Shown here: positions 38,279 through 48,653 of the stretch, in pieces | How positions within the stretch are numbered: position 1 is the stretch's first letter | How the letters are laid out: every line of letters starts with the position of its first letter | NCBI GenBank assembly: GCA_002685955.1 | Contig: NYYU01000006.1 | Span: forward strand, 1-61,188 | Direction of reading: 5' to 3' | Length of the DNA stretch: 61,188 nt | From: Parcubacteria group bacterium | GTDB taxonomy: Bacteria; Patescibacteriota; Minisyncoccia; Portnoybacterales; UBA2143 | Notes under the pieces: generated by a model | The model's database searches: none | What the model saw: the letters and a program-made list of their open reading frames with translations, nothing else | What the model was told of the DNA's origin: nothing | Made by a program: the position numbers and the translations under genes

Positions 38279-38605
38279 ATGAAAAAGAAAATCCATCCTA
38301 CTTATTATCCTAAAGCTAAAGTTAAATGCGCCTGCGGCGCTACTTTTGAAGTTGGTTCAACTAAAAAAGAAATTGAAACAGAAATTTGTTCTCAATGCCA
38401 CCCGTTTTATACAGGCAAAGAAAGAATTATTGAAACGGGCCAAGTAGAAAAATTCAGAGAACGGATGGCTAAAAAACAAGTTACTAAGTCTAAAAAAGCC
38501 AGGGTTAAAAAGCCCCGACCTGACCTAAAGTCGGGATCCCGACCGCAAAGCGCGTCGGGAAAGACCAGAGTTAAAAAAAAGAAAAAAGAAAAAAAGAATG
38601 ATTAA
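38279..38605 (+). CDS. rpmE: 50S ribosomal protein L31 (Cys-type) with basic C-terminal extension
   Basis: [14 protein letters not shown]...[10 protein letters not shown] motif; about 40 extra basic residues follow. Confidence 0.88.
   Translation: MKKKIHPTYYPKAKVKCACGATFEVGSTKKEIETEICSQCHPFYTGKERIIETGQVEKFRERMAKKQVTKSKKARVKKPRPDLKSGSRPQSASGKTRVKKKKKEKKND
38513..38560. repeat. GC-rich tandem double hairpin inside the rpmE 3' extension
   Basis: CCCGAC-N10-GTCGGG (38513-38535) and TCCCGAC-N10-GTCGGGA (38537-38560). Confidence 0.5.
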
Positions 38606-39341
38606 AGATATTATTGTGGAAATCAGATCTGGCGCGGGCGGAGAAGAAGCAGCCCTTTTCGCGGCTGATCTCTTCCGGATGTATTCCCGCTTTGCTGAAA
38701 AACAGGGTTGGTCAACTAATCTAATTTCCAGCAGCCAAACTGGCCTAGGCGGCTACAAGGAAATTATTCTTGAAATAAAAGGAGAGGATGTCTTTAAAAA
38801 ACTAGAATATGAAGGCGGGGTTCATCGAGTCCAGCGCATCCCCAGCACTGAAAAATCAGGCCGAGTTCATACCTCAACTGTTTCAGTCGCCGTTATGCCC
38901 ATGGCTAACGAAACAGAAATTAAGATTAATCCTCGGGATTTAAGAATTGATGTTTTACGAGCTTCCGGACCAGGCGGACAGTATGTTAATAAGCGCGAAT
39001 CAGCTGTTCGGATTATTCATACGCCCACCGGCTTAATGGTCACTTGTCAAGAAGAAAGAACCCAGCAGCAGAATAAAGAGAGAGCCATGAAGGTATTGCG
39101 GACTCGTCTTTTGGATAAAAAAAGACAGGAAGAAATGTCTTTAAGAGGAGATACGCGACGAGAACAGATTGGCCATGCAGACCGTTCTGAAAAAATCCGC
39201 ACCTATAACTTCCCTCAAAACCGAATTACAGACCATCGTATTAATAAATCATGGCATCAATTAGATAAAATTATTGATGGAGGCTTAGAACCAATCATTA
39301 AAACTTTTAATAAAGTTAAACATGAAAAAAAGAATCTTTAG
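38598..39341 (+). CDS. prfA: Peptide chain release factor 1-like, lacking N-terminal domain 1
   Basis: PST (PxT-type) codon-recognition tripeptide, [13 protein letters not shown] motif. The frame is closed upstream by TAA at 38526-38528. Confidence 0.85.
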   Translation: MIKDIIVEIRSGAGGEEAALFAADLFRMYSRFAEKQGWSTNLISSSQTGLGGYKEIILEIKGEDVFKKLEYEGGVHRVQRIPSTEKSGRVHTSTVSVAVMPMANETEIKINPRDLRIDVLRASGPGGQYVNKRESAVRIIHTPTGLMVTCQEERTQQQNKERAMKVLRTRLLDKKRQEEMSLRGDTRREQIGHADRSEKIRTYNFPQNRITDHRINKSWHQLDKIIDGGLEPIIKTFNKVKHEKKNL

Positions 39342-40305
39342 CGGCATTCGTCCAACTGGGCCTCTTCATATCGGCAATTATTTAGGCGCCATTAAAAATT
39401 GGCTGCAGCTCCAGAATGAATATGATTCTGTTTTTTGCATTGTTGATTTACATGCCCTAACTACGCCCAATGCCTCTAAAGGATTAAAGAAAAAAGTTTT
39501 CGATCTGGCCACTACTTATTTAGCCGCCGGACTTAATCCTAAAAAATGTATTCTTTTTGTCCAATCCCAAGTCCCAGAGCATACTGAATTAACCTGGCTT
39601 TTAAATACAGTTACGCCTATTGCTGAACTAGAAAGAATGACCCAATTTAAAGATAAAGCCAAAGAACATCGTTCTAATGTTAATATGGGTCTTTTTGACT
39701 ATCCAGTCTTAATGGCCGCCGATATTCTCATATATCAGACCGACCTTGTGCCGGTAGGCGAAGATCAAAGACAACATGTTGAAATGGCCAGAACAATCGC
39801 TCGTAAATTCAATCAAACCTATGGCGCAACCTTTAAAGTACCTGAAGTCTTAATAAGAGAACAAGGAGCTAAGATTTTAGCCCTTGATAACCCCTTGAAA
39901 AAGATGTCAAAAAGTTCCCCTAATTTATATAGTCGGATTAATTTAACCGATTCTCCAGATGAAATTCAAGAAAAGATTAAGAGAGCAATTACTGATTCAG
40001 GCAAAGAAATCACCTATAATCCCCAAAAACCAGCTTTAGCTAATTTAATTACTATTTATTCCGCTTTTTCCAAATTATCAGCTAGTCAAATTGAGAAAAA
40101 ATATCAGGGCAAAGGTTATGCCCAATTTAAAACAGATCTAGCTAATGTGATTATTAAAGCTTTAAAACCATTTCAAGCCAAGAAAAAAGCTCTGGAACAG
40201 GAACCAGAACAAGTTAAAAAAATCTTAGAACAAAGCGCCAAGCAGGCTCAAGCCATCGCTCGAAAAAATCTTAAGGAAGCTAAGCAGAAAATGGGCTTAA
40301 TCTAA
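39322..40305 (+). CDS. trpS: Tryptophan--tRNA ligase
   Basis: [14 protein letters not shown] (HIGH) and KMSKS motifs. Confidence 0.95.
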   Translation: MKKRIFSGIRPTGPLHIGNYLGAIKNWLQLQNEYDSVFCIVDLHALTTPNASKGLKKKVFDLATTYLAAGLNPKKCILFVQSQVPEHTELTWLLNTVTPIAELERMTQFKDKAKEHRSNVNMGLFDYPVLMAADILIYQTDLVPVGEDQRQHVEMARTIARKFNQTYGATFKVPEVLIREQGAKILALDNPLKKMSKSSPNLYSRINLTDSPDEIQEKIKRAITDSGKEITYNPQKPALANLITIYSAFSKLSASQIEKKYQGKGYAQFKTDLANVIIKALKPFQAKKKALEQEPEQVKKILEQSAKQAQAIARKNLKEAKQKMGLI

Positions 40306-40331
40306 AAAACAAGAGAACAATCAGACGGAAT

Positions 40332-40448
40332 GCGAAGAAAACAAGTTTTTGGAATCGGGGGCGTGGACGCGCTGCTCGAGCCTGCCTGCCGGTAGGCAGG
40401 CGAAGCAAGAGGAGGGTTAAGCGATTTCAAAAATTTAGTTTTCGGAGC
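40332..40448 (+). repeat. Copy A of a ~100-nt palindromic repeat family (carries a nested 20-nt palindrome)
   Basis: GCGAAGAAAACAAGTTTTTGGAATC...GCGATTTCAAAAATTTAGTTTTCGGAGC. Confidence 0.7.
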
Positions 40449-40457
40449 ATATGCAGT

Positions 40458-41240
40458 TTATTTCTTGCTAAAATATTCAAGTAAAAACTCAACTAATAAT
40501 TCTCCGCCTAATTGATCCGGCTGATGCTTAATAAAGTATTCAGCTTTAATTCTTTCTGGCTCTACGGTTACTCCTTTGCCCAACTCAAGCATCTCCTGAT
40601 CATTATAATTATTACCCGTGGTCATAATTTGCTTAGGTTCTATTTTAAGCTCTTGGGCTAGGTTAACAATCGCTTTGCCCTTAGACATATCCTTGCTGCC
40701 AATATCATAACCTTCGTTAGTCCAAAGGCAGTACAGGTCATCACCAGATATTTGTTTAACTAAATTAGGAATTTTTTCCATTTGCTCGCAATGAACAGTT
40801 AAAATGAAAAACTTTGGCTCAAATCCCCTAATCCTCTGATCATTTTCTTTTATCTGTTTAATTTTTTCTTTTAAATCCCGCAACTGACTAAAATACTCAT
40901 CTGGATACACCGGATGGGTTATTTTATTGTCCAGCCAAGTAATATTCCCATTCTCTGCTTGTAAAATAGTTTGCTTATCAAAAATCTGATTAACTAAACT
41001 TTTTAAATAAAGGATATTGCGGCCAGAAGAAAAATTTAATCTAATGTGTTTTTCTAATGCTTTCAGATTTTCAATAAACTTATCCGAAAGCTTTTTAGAT
41101 TCCATATATAAATCAATACTATCTTCATCTATGGTTTCTCTTATCTTTGTCCCGACTGGAGTAATGACTCCATCAATATCAAAAGTAACCACTTTTAAAG
41201 CATCTAGTTCTTGTTTAGTAATTTTCTTAATATCCTTCAT
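40458..41240 (-). CDS. HAD-superfamily (IIB/Cof-like) phosphatase
   Basis: VVTFDIDGVITP (DxD motif) and GNNYNDQEM motifs. Confidence 0.7.
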   Translation of the reverse strand: MKDIKKITKQELDALKVVTFDIDGVITPVGTKIRETIDEDSIDLYMESKKLSDKFIENLKALEKHIRLNFSSGRNILYLKSLVNQIFDKQTILQAENGNITWLDNKITHPVYPDEYFSQLRDLKEKIKQIKENDQRIRGFEPKFFILTVHCEQMEKIPNLVKQISGDDLYCLWTNEGYDIGSKDMSKGKAIVNLAQELKIEPKQIMTTGNNYNDQEMLELGKGVTVEPERIKAEYFIKHQPDQLGGELLVEFLLEYFSKK

Positions 41241-41276
41241 AAATTTCTCTACGGGGCATACCTCTATTATACTACA

Positions 41277-42404
41277 TTATCCAAAAGCTAAAAAGTCCGG
41301 TTTGAAGATTAATAGTAAACCCAGGATAATTATTAACAAACCGCCTATTAACATACTCCATTTTGCATATCTATCAGTAAAGCCCACTCGGCTTAAAGTA
41401 ATCATGGCAATAGCAAAAACAATCATATCATCCAGCATAAAAATAATTGTATAAAGTAATAGATATAGATAGTAAGCTGAAGAACTAAGGTTGCTTAATG
41501 ATAAAACCCTGGTATAAATAGCCGGCAAGCCGGCTGAACAGAAAAATTCAATTAGATTAACCCCTAAAGCCAAAACAATTACGCCTAAAATGGAAAAGAT
41601 TAAAACCGGGTTATTAACAATTCTTTCCGTATGATCTTTTAATCTGGTTTTAATTATTGAACCATCCTTAGCTACCTCACAAACTCCGGGCTTAAAAGCA
41701 GTGAACCTTTTAATCTGCCAGATGCCAAAGAACAAAGCAGCCAGGCCAATAACGATTCTGGTAATAGTGACATAACTAATCGCTAAGAATAAATTAAGCC
41801 AGGCCGCTAAAAGTAGATAATAGACCAGGCCAGAAACAAGAATAAAGGTACCGGCAATTAACCAAATTCTTTTCCTGGATCTAAGATTAATTAAAAGCGC
41901 AATTAAGAATAACAGAATCCACATGGCGCAAGGATTAAATCCATCCAAAACAGCCAAAACTATTGTTAAAACAGGCAAAGATAATTTAGAAAGATTAATT
42001 TGTCCAATAATCGGATATTTAATAATTTGATCTTCTTGAATAGACAAATCTTTAACCGCTTGTTCAATTTTCTGACCGGTAGTTTGGTCATCAAGGTATC
42101 CAATAATTGTTTTGTCGCCGATAAAAATAGCCGGCACTCTAACTGTTTTCTCTTGACCACTAGCTTCTAGTAATTCTAAAAGTAATTTAGCATTCTGCCG
42201 GTTATTAAAAACCTCATAACGCTCAATGGTTAATTCCGGATATTTTTCTTCTAGTTTATCCAAAAATGCGCTTGCTTTTTTACAATGAGGACAAGCGCTT
42301 CCGTAAAAATATGTCAGTTCAACTGAACTATTATCAGCCCAAGCAAAATTAGCCAAACTTAGAAAAATAAATAATATTAAGATGATGCTGAATATTTTTT
42401 TCAT
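41277..42404 (-). CDS. Thioredoxin-fold (CPHC) domain fused to a multi-pass CcdA/DsbD-like membrane domain
   Basis: Signal peptide, GSACPHCKK, then about 6 TM helices with FNPCAMW. Confidence 0.6.
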   Translation of the reverse strand: MKKIFSIILILFIFLSLANFAWADNSSVELTYFYGSACPHCKKASAFLDKLEEKYPELTIERYEVFNNRQNAKLLLELLEASGQEKTVRVPAIFIGDKTIIGYLDDQTTGQKIEQAVKDLSIQEDQIIKYPIIGQINLSKLSLPVLTIVLAVLDGFNPCAMWILLFLIALLINLRSRKRIWLIAGTFILVSGLVYYLLLAAWLNLFLAISYVTITRIVIGLAALFFGIWQIKRFTAFKPGVCEVAKDGSIIKTRLKDHTERIVNNPVLIFSILGVIVLALGVNLIEFFCSAGLPAIYTRVLSLSNLSSSAYYLYLLLYTIIFMLDDMIVFAIAMITLSRVGFTDRYAKWSMLIGGLLIIILGLLLIFKPDFLAFG

Positions 42405-43474
42405 TTATCTATTACTCCTCCACCTAAACAAATATCCTTATCATAAAATACAGCCCATTGGCCCGGAGCAACCGCTTTTTGAGGCTTATCAAAAATTAAT
42501 TTGACCTGATCATTTTTTAATGGATAAAGATTAGCCGATGATAGTTCCTGATTAAATCTTGTCTTAGCTTTAACCTTAACCATTTTAACAGGAATTTTAT
42601 CAGAAATAAAATGAACTTCAGAAACAAAAACTGTTTGTTTAAAAAGATTCTTATCATCTTCCTTATTGGTTACTATGAGGTGATTTTTCTTTTTATCAAA
42701 TCCAATCACATACCAAGGGCCTTGAGGCAGGTTTAAGCCCTTACGCTGGCCAATCGTATAAAAATGTAGGCCTTGATGCTTGCCTAAAATTTTTCCCTTT
42801 TTATCAACAATCTGACCTGGCTCCAAGCCGATTTCTTTGGCTAAATAAGCCGGCATTGATTTTTGAGCGACAAAGCATAAATCCTGGCTTTGCTTGATTT
42901 TTTTGAAAAAATCAAAACCCTGCTTTTCAGCTATTTGATAAACTTGAGCTTTAGTATAATTACCTAAAGGGAAAATGATGTTTTTTAGTTGTTTTTTAGT
43001 CAAAAGAGCCAAAAAATAACTCTGGTCTTTTTCTTTATCTTTGGCTTTTAGTAATTGGCCGTTTTCTGTCCTGGCGTAATGGCCGGTGGCTACGTATTTA
43101 ATATTATGTTTTTTGGCAAAATCAAATAATTTATTAAACTTGACCGAATGATTGCAAATTAAGCAAGGATTGGGTGTTTTTTTATCTTTGAGTACAGAGA
43201 GAAAATAGCCCATGACTTTTTCCTTGAAATCAAGCTTTTGGTCTACAATATGATAAGGCGCCTTTAGTTTTTGACAAATCTTTTTAGCAATAGCAAATGA
43301 CTCCTGAGAACAGCAAATATTTTCCTTTAATAAATTGCGCTTATCTTGCCAGGAAGTATATTTTAAAGAAAGGCCAATTGGTTGATAGCCCTGCTTTTTT
43401 AACAACAACAAAGAAACCGACGAATCAACTCCGCCGGACAACCCCACCACAACTTTTTTATTGTCTTTTTCCAT
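42401..43474 (-). CDS. mnmA: tRNA 2-thiouridine(34) synthase
   Basis: VVVGLSGGVDSSVS PP-loop motif. Confidence 0.93.
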   Translation of the reverse strand: MEKDNKKVVVGLSGGVDSSVSLLLLKKQGYQPIGLSLKYTSWQDKRNLLKENICCSQESFAIAKKICQKLKAPYHIVDQKLDFKEKVMGYFLSVLKDKKTPNPCLICNHSVKFNKLFDFAKKHNIKYVATGHYARTENGQLLKAKDKEKDQSYFLALLTKKQLKNIIFPLGNYTKAQVYQIAEKQGFDFFKKIKQSQDLCFVAQKSMPAYLAKEIGLEPGQIVDKKGKILGKHQGLHFYTIGQRKGLNLPQGPWYVIGFDKKKNHLIVTNKEDDKNLFKQTVFVSEVHFISDKIPVKMVKVKAKTRFNQELSSANLYPLKNDQVKLIFDKPQKAVAPGQWAVFYDKDICLGGGVIDK

Positions 43475-43479
43475 TTAAA

Positions 43480-45221
43480 TTACATTAACAACCCTACAAT
43501 TAATAAAGCAACGATGTTTAATATTTTAATCATTGGATTAATGGCCGGACCGGCTGTATCCTTGTAAGGATCACCGACCGTATCGCCGGTTACAGCTGCT
43601 TTATGGGCAAAACTGCCCTTGCCGCCAAAATTACCATCCTCAATATATTTCTTAGCATTATCCCAAGCGCCCCCGCCTGAAGTCATAGAAATAGCTACAA
43701 ATATTCCGGTGATAATTGAACCGACTAATAAGCCGCCTAGGGCTTCATAGCCCAAGACAAAACCAACTAAAATCGGCGCTAAAACTGGGATTAAAGCCGG
43801 AACAATCATTTGACCAATGGCCACCTTAGTAACAATATCAACCGTTCGTTTGTAGTCTGGTTTTTCTTGACCTTGCATAATTCCAGGCTTTTCCTTGAAT
43901 TGTTGGCGAACATCTGCTACGACGAAACCGGCTGTTTTGCCGACTGCCTTCATGGCTAAAGCGCCAAAATAGTATGGCAGCAATCCGCCGATAAACAAGC
44001 CGGCTAAAACCTTAGGATTATTAATCATAAACTCTATTTCCCCAGGAATACTATGGGTAAAATCAGCGAATAAAACCAAAGCGACTAAGGCAGCCGAACC
44101 AATCGCATAGCCTTTAGTGACGGCTTTAGTTGTATTGCCGACCGCATCCAAAGGATCGGTAATATCACGAACATCTTTCCCTAATTCAGCCATTTCAGCA
44201 ATTCCGCCCGCGTTGTCTGTAATCGGACCATAAGAATCTATCACTACAATAATGCCAGCCATCGAGAGCATAGCCATGGCGGCGATAGCAATGCCATAAA
44301 GCCCAGCCAAATTATAGGCTGCTAAAATAGCCGCCACAATAACTAAAACCGGCCAAACGGTTGATTTCATTGAAACGGCCAAGCCCGTAATCACATTGGT
44401 GCCATGGCCATTTTCTGAAGCTTGAGCAATTTCTTTAACCGGATTGTATTTAGTTGAAGTCCAGTATTCAGTAATAACAATCAGAGCAACCGTAACCGCC
44501 AAACCAACCAAAGAAGCTAAATAAATATTTAAAAAATCAAACTTAGCTTGAAAAGACATTAACCATTTAGTCACTGGATAAAAAGCAATCGCTGATAAAA
44601 CTCCAGCTGTAATTAATCCTTTATAAAGAGCAGGCATAATATTTTTGCTTTTACCTAATTTAATAAAAAAGGTTCCAATAATGGAGGCGATAATTGAAAT
44701 GCCGCCCCCTAAACGGGCAAAAATAGAGATTAATGATCCGCCAAAGCCCAAACCAATCAAAGCATGAATATCCTTAGTGATAAAATAAAAGGCGGCTGTG
44801 CCAAGCAATGCTAAACCAACTACTAACAAACCAGTAACACTTCCGCCCTGCACAGCCACTTTCAAAGCAGAACCTAACCCTTTGCGAGCCGCTTCAGCTG
44901 TTCGGACATTGGCCCGAACTGAAACATTCATGCCAATATATCCAGTCAAACCTGATAAAAACGCGCCGATTAAAAAAGCGATGGGCACGGACCAGCCCAA
45001 CTTATTAATAAAGCCAAGAATTAAAAAAGGGCAACGGCCACTAAAGCAATCGTCCGATATTGCCGATTTAAATAGGCCTTAGCCCCTTCTTGAATAGCTC
45101 TAGCTATTTCCTGCATCTGCTTATTGCCGGCCGGCCAACGCAAAACCATTTTGATTAAAATAAGGCCGTAAATAATGGCTAGAACAGCGCTGCCTAGAAT
45201 AAAAAACATTGTTGTATCCAT
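43480..45221 (-). pseudogene. hppA: Membrane H+/Na+-pyrophosphatase, frameshifted and internally deleted
   Basis: N-terminal 66 aa (45021-45221) and the rest (43480-45000 plus upstream codons) join across a one-nt shift in the T6 run at 45023-45028. The GGG(I/V)YTKAAD...DNVGDNVGD block is missing between FARLGGG and ISIIASI. Confidence 0.75.
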
Positions 45222-45252
45222 ATATATATTTTACATAATTATCTCTATTTGT

Positions 45253-46512
45253 CTATTCTTTTCTCATTGCTTCAATCGGGCTAAGATTGGCCGCTTTGCG
45301 CGCCGGGTAAATACCAAAGATAATTCCAATAGTCATAGAAACAAGAAAAGCTACCACAATGGTCAGCCAAGAAATAGCTAAAGGCCAAGCTAAGCCCTGG
45401 GTCCTTACCCCTATTCCGATAAGCAAAGAAATAACTACGCCAAAAAAAGCGCCAATCAGCCCGCCTAAAACAGTGATAATTAAACCTTCAATTAAAAACT
45501 GCCAAAGAACTGCTTTTTTGGTTGCGCCCAATGATTTACGCAAGCCGATTTCCTTAGTCCGTTCACTAACTGAAACTAACATAATATTCATAATGCCAAT
45601 TCCACCGACTAATAAGGAAATAGCCGCTAAAAATCCTAAAAGTAGATTTAGAACAATACTAATCTGATTAACCTGATCTAAAATTTCTGTCATGTTAGTA
45701 ATTTGAAAATCGTCTTTAGCTGGGTCTTTAATATTGTGATTCCGTCGAAGCATTCGAGATATTTCCTCAGTGGCTTGAGTAAAATATTTAGAATCCTCAA
45801 CCGTTACAACTATTTCTGATAAATAATCAATCCCTAGAATTTCCTTTAAGGTAGTCTGTAATGGGATATAGAGAAAATCGTTAATGTCAATTCCGCCAAA
45901 AAGTACGCCGCCCTGGGGCTTAAACACACCGACCACCTTAAAATTCTGACCTTTAACTTTTACCTTTTTACCAATCGGGTCAACTCCTTTAAAAAATTCG
46001 TCAACCAAACCACTGCCTAAAACCACTACCTTAGCCAAGCTATCATCTTCTGTCTGAGTATAGAATCGCCCCCGGTCTATTTTAGCTATTTTCATTACTA
46101 AAGGGTAATCTGTGCTCGCTCCATAAATTAAAACCTGTTTCTCCTTATTCTGGTAAGTAGCCCATTCCTGAGCAATCGCCTGACCGCTGACTGCCTCAAT
46201 ATATGGAAAAATCTCCTTATCCTTCAACGCTTCCACATCTTTATGCTTTAAAGTAGTAATTTTAACTCCTTGAACCATAGATACAACACTACCAACTTGA
46301 TCTGCTCCCGGTATTTTAATAGCAATATCAAGTATGTTAGGGCCAAAAGCATCAATTTCACTAGTAATCAAACCTTTTAAACTTTGGCCCATTGATAAAA
46401 TTATTACCACTGCCCCCACGCCAATAACAATGCCCAGGATAGAAAAAGCGCTCCGTAGTTTATTCACGCTCAGAGCAATCACAGATTGTTGAACAACAGC
46501 TAAAAATTTCAT
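45253..46512 (-). CDS. MacB/FtsX-type ABC transporter permease
   Basis: N-terminal TM helix, large periplasmic domain, and a C-terminal FtsX 3-TM bundle (ERTKEIGLRKSLGA). Confidence 0.88.
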   Translation of the reverse strand: MKFLAVVQQSVIALSVNKLRSAFSILGIVIGVGAVVIILSMGQSLKGLITSEIDAFGPNILDIAIKIPGADQVGSVVSMVQGVKITTLKHKDVEALKDKEIFPYIEAVSGQAIAQEWATYQNKEKQVLIYGASTDYPLVMKIAKIDRGRFYTQTEDDSLAKVVVLGSGLVDEFFKGVDPIGKKVKVKGQNFKVVGVFKPQGGVLFGGIDINDFLYIPLQTTLKEILGIDYLSEIVVTVEDSKYFTQATEEISRMLRRNHNIKDPAKDDFQITNMTEILDQVNQISIVLNLLLGFLAAISLLVGGIGIMNIMLVSVSERTKEIGLRKSLGATKKAVLWQFLIEGLIITVLGGLIGAFFGVVISLLIGIGVRTQGLAWPLAISWLTIVVAFLVSMTIGIIFGIYPARKAANLSPIEAMRKE

Positions 46513-46513
46513 T

Positions 46514-47746
46514 TTATTCGTGTCTTAATGCCTCAATCGGCCTTAATTTAGAGGCTCGATTGGCGGGCCATAATCCAAAGATTAAACCAACGCTAATGGC
46601 CATTAAAGTTGAAACAATAATAGAGGTTGGGGTAATAATAAATTGCCAATCATAGCCAAAATAGTTAACTCCAATACTAATCGCTAAAGCGATTAAAATG
46701 CCCAAAATAATTCCAATTGCTCCGCCGATTAAAGTCATGATCGCGCTTTCAATCAAAAACTGAATCATAATACTCCGACGCTTAGCACCCAAAGCCTTGC
46801 GCAAACCTATCTCCCTAGTCCTTTCATTAACCACCACAAACATAATATTCATAATGCCAATTCCACCAACTAGTAAAGAGATAGCGGCCACCGCTACTAA
46901 AAAAGCGCCTAAAGCTTGAGTAATACTTCTCAAAATATCCAAGGCCTGAGCTGTATTCCTAACAGAAAAATCATCCTTGCTAGAATCTTTAATATGATGG
47001 CGAAAACGTAAAGTTTCTTTGACTCTATTCATTGCTGAATCAAGGTTGGCTGTTTGATCAACCTTAGCCCGAATAAAAGCCAAATGATCAATGCCTAAAA
47101 GCAATTTTTGGGCAGTTCTAACCGGAATAAAAACTAATTCATCTTGATTTTGAAAGGCGACCACTCCCCTTTGTTCCATAACTCCAATCACCTTAAATCC
47201 AATCTGATTGATTTTAATTCGCTTATCAATTGGATTATCCTCGCCAAAAAGCTCTTGCTTGACAGCTGAACCTAGAACAACCACCCGAGCCAAGCTATCA
47301 ATTTCATCTTGTTTAAAAAAACGGCCCGAATCAACCGCCGTATCTTCAACATCAATATATTGAGCTCCTACGCCCAAGTAATCAAAGTCATCTATTTTAT
47401 TAAAATAAGTCATGGTGCCTCGCCCGCTAATATATGGGGAAACAGCCGCCACATGAGGCAATTCTTCTAAAGCTAAAGCATCCTCGTATTTAAGGGTTGT
47501 TATTTCAATGCCAAATAAGGCGGCGGGCGGTCCCATATCATCGGCTGCCCCAGGCAAAATACCAATCAAGTTAGTTCCCATAGCGCTGACTTGAGCTAAA
47601 AGTAAATTTTGAGCGCTAGCCCCCACCGCCATAATTGAAATAACGGCCGCTACTCCGATAATAATGCCGAGCATAGTTAAAAAAGAACGGCTTTTCTGCA
47701 AAGCCAGACTTTGAAAAACATATTTGAATGTATTCAAGAAATACAT
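46514..47746 (-). CDS. MacB/FtsX-type ABC transporter permease
   Basis: Same architecture as 45253-46512 (ERTREIGLRKALGA). Confidence 0.88.
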   Translation of the reverse strand: MYFLNTFKYVFQSLALQKSRSFLTMLGIIIGVAAVISIMAVGASAQNLLLAQVSAMGTNLIGILPGAADDMGPPAALFGIEITTLKYEDALALEELPHVAAVSPYISGRGTMTYFNKIDDFDYLGVGAQYIDVEDTAVDSGRFFKQDEIDSLARVVVLGSAVKQELFGEDNPIDKRIKINQIGFKVIGVMEQRGVVAFQNQDELVFIPVRTAQKLLLGIDHLAFIRAKVDQTANLDSAMNRVKETLRFRHHIKDSSKDDFSVRNTAQALDILRSITQALGAFLVAVAAISLLVGGIGIMNIMFVVVNERTREIGLRKALGAKRRSIMIQFLIESAIMTLIGGAIGIILGILIALAISIGVNYFGYDWQFIITPTSIIVSTLMAISVGLIFGLWPANRASKLRPIEALRHE

Positions 47747-47778
47747 GAGTAAAATTTTTAATTTTTAATTTTTAAAGC

Positions 47779-47916
47779 GCGCAGAAAACAAGTTTTTTAA
47801 ATCATACCGCGCCCGCAACGCTTACGCGTAGCGTAGGCGGGCGGGGGTGTGGGCGCGTTTTACTCAAGCAAAGCAAGAGTAGGGATAAATGATTTAAAAA
47901 ACTTCGTTTTCGGAGT
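47779..47916 (+). repeat. Copy B of the ~100-nt palindromic repeat family (carries a nested GC-rich hairpin)
   Basis: GCGCAGAAAACAAGTTTTTTAAATC...ATGATTTAAAAAACTTCGTTTTCGGAGT, located between the ATPase and permease genes. Confidence 0.7.
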
Positions 47917-47933
47917 GCGAAAAGAATAGATTC

Positions 47934-48650
47934 CTACTTCTCCAAACCATCTTTGGCTAAATGACGAATTTCTACCCGCTGATCAGAAATAACTTGACCA
48001 TCTTTTAATTCTATAATGCGCCGAGCGCATTCAGCTACATATTTTTCATGAGTAACCATTAAAATAGTATGGTTTTCTTCATTCAAATCCTGTAAAACTT
48101 CCATTACTTCTTGGCCTGATTTACTATCTAAATTACCAGTTGGCTCATCAGCCAGAATAAGTCTTGGCTTATTAATCAAGGCTCGGGCAATCGCCACTCG
48201 CTGCTGTTCGCCGCCCGAAAGCTGATTAGGACGATGATTAATTCGATGGGATAAACCTACTTTGTCCAAAAGCTCTTGAGCCCGTTTTTCAACCTCTTTT
48301 TTATCTAGATGCGGCGTATAAATAGTTGGCAATAGAATGTTATCTAAAACAGAAGTCCGGGCTAAAAGATTATATGTTTGAAAAATAAAACCAACCTTTT
48401 GATTTCTAATGCCGGCTAGCTTCTCATCATCAAATTGACTAGTATCTTCTCCGTCAAAAAAATATTGCCCTTGAGTTGGTTTATCTAAAAAACCAATAAT
48501 ATGCATTAAAGTTGATTTGCCCGAGCCCGAAGAACCGATCACGGCCGCAAATTCTCCTTGTTTAATCTCAAAAGAAACCCCGCCTAAAGCCGGGGTAACT
48601 ACTTGTTCGTTAATATAATCTTTGGTAACCTTCTCTAGTTTAATAAGCAT
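47934..48650 (-). CDS. ABC transporter ATP-binding protein (MacB/LolD-like)
   Basis: GSSGSGKST Walker A, LSGGEQQR signature, [11 protein letters not shown] Walker B. Confidence 0.93.
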   Translation of the reverse strand: MLIKLEKVTKDYINEQVVTPALGGVSFEIKQGEFAAVIGSSGSGKSTLMHIIGFLDKPTQGQYFFDGEDTSQFDDEKLAGIRNQKVGFIFQTYNLLARTSVLDNILLPTIYTPHLDKKEVEKRAQELLDKVGLSHRINHRPNQLSGGEQQRVAIARALINKPRLILADEPTGNLDSKSGQEVMEVLQDLNEENHTILMVTHEKYVAECARRIIELKDGQVISDQRVEIRHLAKDGLEK

Positions 48651-48653
48651 AAA

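Noticed and set aside
38598-39341. Programmed +1 frameshift, as in prfB.
   Set aside because: The factor carries the RF1-type PxT motif rather than SPF. No CUU-UGA-type shift site or upstream in-frame coding segment exists.
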